NCBI GenBank assembly: GCA_028534125.1
Contig: CM052816.1
Location: 12,340,001-12,404,000 of the forward strand
DNA length: 64,000 bases
Reading direction: 5' to 3'
From: Lama glama
Taxonomy: Eukaryota
Shown here: positions 56,716 through 64,000 of the stretch, one piece after another
How the letters are laid out: each line of letters starts with the position of its first letter
Numbering within the stretch: position 1 is the first letter of the stretch
Notes under the pieces: generated by a model
Told to the model about the DNA's origin: nothing
The model's database searches: none
The model's input: the letters and a program-made list of their open reading frames with translations, nothing else
Made by a program: the position numbers and the translations under genes

Positions 56716-57503
56716 CTGGTAAAAGCAATGGCTTGAACTCATCCTGGTCCACCCATAGGAAACTGAACCCGATCCCCCAAAGTGTAAGGCTGTCATCCAA
56801 TAGGAAAGAAGCAGGATGGAGGACGACGAATTCAATGTCAACAATAGAACGTGAAATCTCACTCCTGATTTAATATATATAGGATTATCATTTGGGGAAA
56901 ATTACATCTCATAACAGTGAACACATTTAAACTCCAACGAATCTTTACATAAAAGATTTAAAATATCACCCAGAATCTTATTACTTAGCAATAAAATATT
57001 GGAGACTCTCCCTCCAGACATTTCTTTAGGCATGCATTTATGAGTAAGTTGTATAAACTATATGTACTCAAATCTAACCTTTTTCCCCTTCCTATACAAT
57101 CTGCTACAGACATCTTTTAATGCCAATACATTTAGACTGACGTCAGCATTTCTGCCAGCTTCAAATATTTCAACTTATGTGTATACCATGATTCAGAACC
57201 TTCCAATCAGCATGCCATGAATGGGCTTCAGGTATGCTTCCAGATATTGATCAACCTTGTCCTCAGGGCAGCCAGGTAAAACCAGGTGCTGCTCAAAACA
57301 CAGCTGTATTAGAGCACATTCCTGATGTGCTCCTCAGTGAAGACTTGTGAAGAACAGCCATGAACTTCCACTATTTTTAGACAGTTATGCTATTTCCAAA
57401 CTTTCACTATTAAAAGCAAATCATTACCAACATTATTAGGCACACATGTAAGTTCAGACCCTTGTATTTTCAGCAGTTTTTAAAGGCTGCAAGAAAAAGA
57501 CAT

Positions 57504-57762
57504 GAAACAAGTTTCTACTGTATAGCACAGGGAACTATATTCAATAGCTTGTAGTAACCTATAATGAAAAAGAATATGAAAACAAATACATGTATGTATG
57601 TGACCGAAACGTTATGCTGTCCATCAGAAATAGGCACAACATTGTAAACTGACTATACTTCATTAAAAAAAAAAAGAATGCAAATAAAGAAAACAAGACA
57701 GACCTCAAAAAAAAAAAAATCTAGCCACAGTACTAAGTTCCATAGAAACAAAAAAAAGAAAA
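57504..57762 (+). mobile_element. L1 3' end with apparent 3' transduction
   Basis: TSD aagaaaaagacat at 57491-57503 and 57763-57775 encloses the L1 end, three A tracts and two short unique segments. Confidence 0.8.
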
Positions 57763-57829
57763 AAGAAAAAGACATACATTGAATTTTATTGCAGAGATAT
57801 GTGGATATGTAGAGAAACAGTAATTATAC

Positions 57830-57980
57830 CTCTATCAGCTTCATTGTCATCCTCCCAAGGCCGATGGAATCAAAATGCAACAAGTATCACAAAGAACAGT
57901 CAAGTTCATTTGGCACCACTTGGGAAAACAATTAGAACTGATACGACTTGTTTCAGTAGTCTTACTGGTATTTATACATC
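57830..57980 (-). pseudogene. TRPC-like fossil exon: end of linker and pre-S1 elbow
   Basis: ctttacctttttag|GATG...ATAGAG|gtataa, 151 nt. Reads LKQVVS/(fs)SNC (cf. TRPC1 QKEFVSQSNC), hydrophobic LFFVILVAF, and LGRMTMKLI (cf. LGKILRSPFMKFV). Stops in all frames. Confidence 0.65.
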
Positions 57981-59239
57981 CTAAAAAGGTAAAGTACAGC
58001 TGTTGTCAAACTAAGACAAAGGAGGCTGACTTCCCTTATGTTCAGCGCACATCTGGTTGCTTTCAGGTGGTATTTGATCCAGGGTAGCAGAAGGGTTGTG
58101 TAAATTTCCACTTCTGTGTGTGTGTTTGCATGTATATATCCAAGGAGAAGAGAAAAATCACACAGGTAGGCAGACAAACAGATAAGCAACATTTTTTTTT
58201 TAACTGCAGCCAAAGTCATTAGAAAAAGTTAGAAACCTAAAGCAATATTCTTCCACAAGTAGGTATCAGTGGCCCCATTTTACAAAAAAAAAAAAAAAGA
58301 TGAATGAGGCTCAGAGTAACAGAATCAGAAAGTTTTAAGAGCAATCTTCAACTCAAAATCTCATGTTCTTATCTATTTTTTTGTTGTTGTTAGCAGTCTG
58401 CTTACATGCCATGGTAAAAATCTATTTGATTTGGATGAAATGATCTTGATAAAGCAGAGCTTTTTGGTAAGTTCTCCATACGCAACGTGATAAAGGTGCT
58501 GGATCCATATTAGCATGAAAAAAAAAATCTTAACTGGTTGCTAAGATAGCCCTCTCTAGAAAATGGCTACATTATTGATTATCCACTGACCAATCTAAGT
58601 TCTGGAAAGATATTTGCCAAGAATGTCCCCAGGATGCCTTAAATAGCTGAGCACTATGTCCCATACAGCCTGGTTCCTTTGTGGGGCTTACTACTGTCTA
58701 ATACATTCAGACTATAGAAAAGTTGCTAATACTCAGACATAGAATTAACTAACTGGGTCAATGACATTTTGATGTTAAATTCTGTGGGAACTGATAAATA
58801 ACCTATGAAGTTGTAATGACTTATTGGGATGATTAAAGATATAATTTTATGCATCATTCATTTGAACAAAATAGATGGTGCTTCTGAAAGGAGATCACTA
58901 TATCTATTCCATCTGAAAAAAAATTAAAGCTTTGTTTCTAATGTTAAATGCATTCATTTGCAAAATAGATCTTAAACGAGCAAAACATGAAGAATAGAGG
59001 CATGCATCAACACTCATTTTATTGTGTATATATTGTCAACCACTTGTTTTCTGAATCCACAAAATAATCAAAGATCTGAGTTTGCTCCATAATTAAGCTC
59101 TTAAGGTCATTTTCTTCCACAAACATTGCTTTAGATCATACCATGTAGTGCGCATACAACAAGAATGCAACAGTAAGCAAGATGTAGACAGCCTCTGCCC
59201 CCCAAGAGCTTAAAATCTAGAGAAAGATAAACAAGTTAA

Positions 59240-59350
59240 AAAGAAAAAGTGAATATATGTATGCATATGATGTGTATGTATGACTGAAACATTATGCTGT
59301 ACACCAGAAGTTGACAAATTGTAACTGACTATACTTCAATGAAAGAAAAG
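59240..59350 (+). mobile_element. Short L1 3' tail inserted in an L2
   Basis: atgactgaaacattatgctgtacaccagaa..gactatacttcaat. Confidence 0.8.
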
Positions 59351-59679
59351 GCAGTTACTACACAGCGTAATGGGAACTCTGGCTGGAGAGCAGCATGGTG
59401 GCCCCTAACCTAGACTTAGGAATTCCTGAGTATCATTTAATCTGAATGACGAAAGACTCAGGTTAAGAACAGTCTGAAGAGAGAACAGTATATGAAAAGG
59501 TCATATTAGGGTAGTATATGTTCAGGGAACTGAAAATATCCAGATGCAGCTAAAACATGAAGTCTACACTGGGAATGGTGCAAGAAGAGGTTGAAAGTAA
59601 GCTGTGAACAGACTGCAAACTCGAAAGCTAACTTTAAAACGTGGACTTTACATTGAGGGCAATGAAGAGTACGGTAGAC

Positions 59680-59842
59680 AGAAAAATACAAGAGGCCCAG
59701 CTAAATTTGAATTTAATAAGCAGTGAATAATTTTTAGGATAAATGTGTCTCAAATATTGCCCAGATTATATTATACCCCGCCCCCCAAAAAACTGTTTAT
59801 CTGAAATCCAAGTTTAACTGGGTGCCCCTACTCTGGCAAACT
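59680..59842. mobile_element. MER53-like palindromic MITE
   Basis: cccagctaaatttgaat ... atccaagtttaactggg inverted termini. Confidence 0.7.
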
Positions 59843-60258
59843 TAATGGGAAACCACCAAAAAAGTTTAACCAGGGGAGTGACAGGATATAATTTGAGTTT
59901 TAGAAAGATACCATAGATTATGATATAGAATATAAACTCATTCATTTGTTCATCTATGACAGCATTTTTGAGCATTCATTTTACATACTAGACAAAGCTT
60001 TAAGAAACACCTTTCAGGGGTGAGTTCTTAAAACTGGTGAAGTGCAGAGTTGAAGCAATTACACAATACAGTGCTTAACACCTGTTTCTTCATTTAATGA
60101 GATACCAAGTGAAATTTAGACACTTACTCAGTGTCTCATGAGTAGCAACCTCCCTGTTTTTGCCAAATAATTCTTTTTGTATTGATACTTCAGAGGTAGA
60201 CTAGTAGAATGATGGAGTAGAGTAACATTGTTGACTGTGGAGCCAGAGCATACAGGTC

Positions 60259-60792
60259 TGTAAGAGAAGAGAACAAATCTGATTCCATATTAAATATGTT
60301 CCTTTGGCTTTAATTTAACTCTGCGCCCTGTTTTCTAGGCTTAGTCTTGCTGGCTCTGCATCTTTTGTACAAGAACATTGCCTTTAGCCTGAAATACACA
60401 GGAGAGCCTATTCTCAGGGTTCTGACCTTTAAGGGTATTAACACTTCTGCATTTATATAAAGATAACAAGTTGCAGAATACAAAAGTTTTGTTAGCGGTT
60501 TTACAGGGGCACCATGACCTGACCCACGTGGACAGCTACAAGAACAAGAGATTCCAAGAACAAAGAATTTCTACACCAAGAAGTTTGCAACAACCAACAC
60601 ACCCCACCCCTTTTTAGTATAAAAGGAGCCTGAATTCTGATTTGAGAAAGACAGTTCTCCACAACATTAGTTTGCCATCTTCTCGGTCTGCCAGTTTTCC
60701 AAATAAAGTCACTATTCCTTGCCCCAACACTTCGTCTTCCAATTTACTGGCCTATTGTGCGGCGAGCAGAACGAGTTTGGACTCGTTGGACA
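60259..60792 (+). mobile_element. ERV1-class solo LTR (MER41-like), inserted in a MIR
   Basis: TG...CA ends, TATAAAA near 60618, AATAAA near 60702, and MIR halves on both flanks. Confidence 0.8.
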
Positions 60793-61812
60793 GATACAGT
60801 TTTGGACCTTCCTCCACTCATGAACTGTCTGACATTGACCATGATATTCAACTGCTACATCTCAGGGTCTATAAAGTGGGACTAGAATAGGATTTTAATG
60901 CAAAGCATTTTAATGCAAAGTATAATCACATGACAATCAAATACGTGTAAAGCGTGACAGAATGACAAATGCCATCAGAGCGTCAGCTCTTACTATAATT
61001 ACTGACTTATTTTTCTTCAAGTAGAATCATTTTAACTTAAATAAAATTACCTAAAAGTAAATGTGAAATCTCGCCATGAATATAAGATAACAAAAAAAAT
61101 ACTTACAGCAACAACAATCATACTGGACTTAGTGGTTCTTAAAAATGGCAATGAAAACATTTTGAAAATTTGCATTTTACAGAAGAGGATATTGAGGCTC
61201 AGAAGGGAAAGGGTTTGTGTCAAGGTCACAGGGTGACTTAAACATACAGCTAGGAATTATACTCATGTTCATTAATAAACGAAGAGAGTTCTCTATTATA
61301 ACATGGTTCCCCTGTCATATGCCTCAAGCACACACATCCCCAGAGTTGTGTAGCCTTGAACTGTCAACGATTCTAAAAATCTTTTGAGCCCCAGTCTCAC
61401 TGCCTGGTTTCCCAAGAGTGATCATGTCTTTGTTGTTGCCCATCTTTCTCTCCACTCACCTTTCCAAAGCCCCCTCTCCCTCTGCTCTTAAGGATGGGTG
61501 CACTGGATCAGGAGCAGAGTTCTCTAACTGCAGTTTCAGTGGCCACAGGAGACAGACCCGCCCAATGGAAAAGTGTCAGAAGCTTTTACACACATGTTAC
61601 TACCTCTATAAATCCTTCTATCTCTAGTAGGACCCCAGGGTCCAATACCTTTCTCAGCATTGGACCCCTCCTCTTTTCCCTTCCTTTAGCTCCTCTTTTT
61701 TTACTCCCTGTTTTGTTCCTTTTCAGCTTTTTCTGCTTCCATGCCTCTGGAGGCAAGCAAAGTAGGAAGCATTTTCCATCAGAAGGCTTAATTGTCAAAG
61801 ATAGATAAATAC

Positions 61813-62045
61813 TGCAATTGCTAAGATCAAAATATTTGCTCATGTAGCACCTCAAATTGCCCTGCCTGACACATTTCAGAAACCTCTGCCACAAAGAATT
61901 CTGTCCCAAAATACAGGAAACAAAAAAAAGAATCCAACACCAACAAGGAGTGAACAGCCGAAGCCCCAGTCGTCTGGTGATGACCAAGGACAACGATTTT
62001 ATGTTTCCGTGGCAAGTCTTTTCACATAGAGTGATGATTTATGAG
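61813..62045 (-). pseudogene. TRPC-like fossil exon(s): linker helical domain
   Basis: Acceptor ttgtttattctgccag at 62046-47 is followed by HKSSLYVKRLATET* (cf. HSRSRLNIYKALASPS). A second acceptor at 61901-02 is followed by FFVAEVSEMCQAGQFEV (cf. TRPC2 FAAELLGMCRNQSEV, TRPC3 FVVGVLDLCRDSEEV). Internal and 3' boundaries are uncertain. Confidence 0.65.
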
Positions 62046-62749
62046 CTGGCAGAATAAACAATGCCCTAATAATACAAACGCAGACACCTAGCACCATTTG
62101 CTTTCCCATATTTATTTGCTAGATTTTACAAGTCAAGGCGGCCCTCATAATGATTTTGATAAAGAAACGTGATTCATACCTGGATGGCTGCAGAAAACAT
62201 TTAAAATACAAAATTCATTTAGTACCGATTAGCCTTAGAACATTATTTATGTAATCTGTCACAACGGCAGATATTAGAGAGAACATTTTTCTCTTCCCTT
62301 TGGAAAAGTTTATCAATCGCCCTTGTTCCTGACAAGCCCTTAGGAGAAGAACATTTATCAGGGTGTATTAGAAGACTCTAAAAATAAGAGCTGAAACTAG
62401 TGTTTTAAAAGGAGAATACGGGCTGATTGCAAAAACTTGAGAAAAGCCTGTTTGGCCGCCAAGTCACTGCGGGCAACGGGAGAAGTCAAGTTTGCGAAGA
62501 TTCACTGGGAGTGCTCTGGAGCAGAGGGAAGAACCTTTCTGGGGGGTTCTTAAAACTTGTAAAGTGCAGCCTTGAGGCAATTGCACAATACAGTGCTTAA
62601 TACCCGGCTTCCAACAAGACGCGTGAAATGCATTCATAATTCGGCGCTTGTCAAATTTGCAAATTATCACAGAATTCGGTTACCCAGGAGTCAAACAAGT
62701 AATAAAAATCTTGTATGAGGAATAATAAAATGTAGTACTTACACAATAC

Positions 62750-63520
62750 AGTGCTATCCATCTTGAAGACGGGGCAGGAAGCGCATTCCCCAGGGAGAGC
62801 AGCCGTCCAGAAGGCCTGCGCCTCGGCCTCCGCTCCTCTCGGCAAACGCCTCAACTCCACCACGGCGTTTTTTCATTTCTGGAAAAACCGTGTCCGAGTG
62901 TGGCCTCCAGAAGCCTAAAAGCAAAGTTTCTCAATGCTGGCAGCGTATTAAAATTACCGGAGAAGCTTCAAAAGAGAAGTACTAAGCCGCACCCCCAAAC
63001 CAGCTAAATAACACCCTCAGGCGTTGCTGGTTCCCAAACAGGACCCCCCCCAAACAGCAACGAGAGACCTAGAAAAGAGCAGGCGCCTCCACCGTGGGAG
63101 GCGACAGTCTAAGTAGCAAGGGGACTTACTCCCGCGGCTTGTCCCGGGCACCGCAAGACGCCGACCTCCCCACGCGCCCGTCGCGGCCGGCGCCTCACAA
63201 GTTTATACGGAGACGCGTGACTGGAAAGAGGATTCCCTCCAGGTGGTTCCAGTTCCGCAGCTCTCGCGAGGCTGCCTCCCTGCAAAACGGCTCGGCCTGT
63301 GGGGGCGGTGGGCGGAGCTTGCAGCCTGAGGACAGGGATTGGCTGAGGAGCCTCCGCTCGCTGGGGTTAAGCTCAAGGGTCAGCCAGCGGTCACAGCCTC
63401 TCTAGGAACGCCCCAACATTTTATCCCTTATGACGACTGACTTTTATAATCTTACACGCCCCCCAGTTCCACAACGTACCCTGAGTGGTCAGCGAGCCGT
63501 TTTAGTAGCGTGGAGGTGGC
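62750..63520. promoter_or_regulatory. CpG island / promoter, probably firing on the minus strand
   Basis: The only CpG-dense stretch in the window. Contains CCAAT (minus, 63338-63342), GC boxes (63302-63315), TCTCGCGAGG CGCG-like element (63262-63271), TATAAA (minus, 63202-63207) and a GTAAGT donor at 63129. Confidence 0.75.
63130..63220 (-). pseudogene. TRPC-like fossil exon: ankyrin 4 / TRP_2 Cys motif, inside the CpG island; likely first exon of a present-day transcript
   Basis: ctctttccag|TCACG...CGGGA|gtaagt, 91 nt. Remnants ITRL, YKLV, GA and SCxC (cf. ITPIILA..YEIV.LL..GA..SCACLEC) with frameshifts. Confidence 0.55.
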
Positions 63521-63708
63521 TCGTTTGAGAGCTATGTGACTGCATTGCAGGCAGATTCCACAGCAGTATTATAGGCAAATGTAAGAGAAAACACAGATTA
63601 AAATATAATTCCCAAAATAAGTAACATTTTCCACTATGAGCCCAATGATTTGAACTATTTACTTGCTAAGTACCCTAGGCTGGGAGTATGATCACTTAAG
63701 GTAGTTAC

Positions 63709-63835
63709 TTGGGTTCTCGTGTGGTTTTAATAAAGATGATACATTAGCAGACGCATCAAGTATAAAAGCGCATCACGCTGTTTGGATAATGGCACAGGTG
63801 CGTCCTTGTAAGGCAGCAATAATGTCTAAGGCCGT
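63709..63835 (-). pseudogene. TRPC-like fossil exon: ankyrin repeats 2-3
   Basis: catag|ACGGCC...CCCAA|gtaact, 127 nt. Reads TALDIIAALQG (cf. TRPC4 TALLIAIENE) and, in a shifted frame, RDALLYLMRLLMYH (cf. TRPC4/5 GDALLH/YA..AVELLLNH). Its phase-1 end joins the next exon as ENP-ITRL (cf. TPD-ITPI). Confidence 0.65.
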
Positions 63836-64000
63836 CTATGATATTGTGATTTATAATAAGAAATATATATATTTAGACTTCATTCCACTTTCTGGCACCA
63901 AGCTCCCAAAATTCTTGGCATTTGCTAAGTGATGGGGGGGGGGCAGGTTTCATTCCCCCTGCACCTTAACCTCCAGGGAGGAAAAAAGGCGGGGAGGGTT

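Larger units (their letters stand above)
1039..63835 (-). pseudogene. Intron-containing, heavily decayed TRPC-like cation channel gene; 5' end probably lies beyond the window; possibly transcribed as a lncRNA
   Basis: About 17 minus-strand exons with AG/GT boundaries. They give colinear TRPC motifs (TALDI/DALLY, KRLA, FVAEVSEMCQ, LKQVVSxSNC, I*SEV, VIEALMITQN, FIKILY..FQVAL, *LNEL, LFWTNQG, ILVTMVSNT..KEWNF, KIMDAIRDR) interrupted by stops and small indels. Compared by eye with recalled TRPC1-7 sequences. Confidence 0.8.

Noticed and set aside
57455..57486. Acceptor-like site ctttttcttgcag on the minus strand
   Set aside because: The pyrimidine tract is the L1 target-site duplication, the donor is weak, and there is no motif support.
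57830..57910. MNL..FFVILVAF as the signal peptide of a secreted protein
   Set aside because: It needs a frameshift and a stop repair, and is better explained as the TRPC pre-S1 hydrophobic segment.
10..63405. Short ORFs in the supplied ORF track as independent genes
   Set aside because: They fall in repeats or low-complexity DNA, or only partly overlap fossil exons; none reads as an intact protein.
63735..63770. ILDASANV read as a canonical ankyrin, suggesting TRPN1 or TRPA1
   Set aside because: The overlapping frame RDALLY..LLMYH fits TRPC ankyrin 3 better, and the S4 and TRP-box motifs are TRPC-like.

Overview
Mammalian genomic DNA, very probably a camelid (three Vic-1-type tRNA-derived SINEs and repeated young L1 3' ends). 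About half the window is interspersed repeat (L1, L2, MIR, MLT1/ERVL/ERV1 LTRs, Tigger, Charlie/MER). No intact protein-coding gene was found, and the ORF track is mostly noise. The main result comes from reading the minus strand. About 17 short exons, most still with canonical AG/GT splice sites, run from 63835 down to about 1039. Translated with allowance for stops and frameshifts, they give TRPC-type cation channel motifs in the correct order: ankyrin 2-4, TRP_2/linker, pre-S1, S2, S3, S4 and the S4-S5 linker, S5 end, the LFWxxxG pore helix, S6, an EWxF TRP box and the C-terminal rib helix. I interpret this as an old, intron-containing fossil of a TRPC paralogue whose exon layout does not obviously match TRPC1-7. 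A CpG-island promoter sits inside the fossil (about 62750-63520), so it may now be a spliced lncRNA. The last four exons retain a 70-codon open frame. All TRPC comparisons were made by eye against remembered sequences and need HMM/TBLASTN confirmation.
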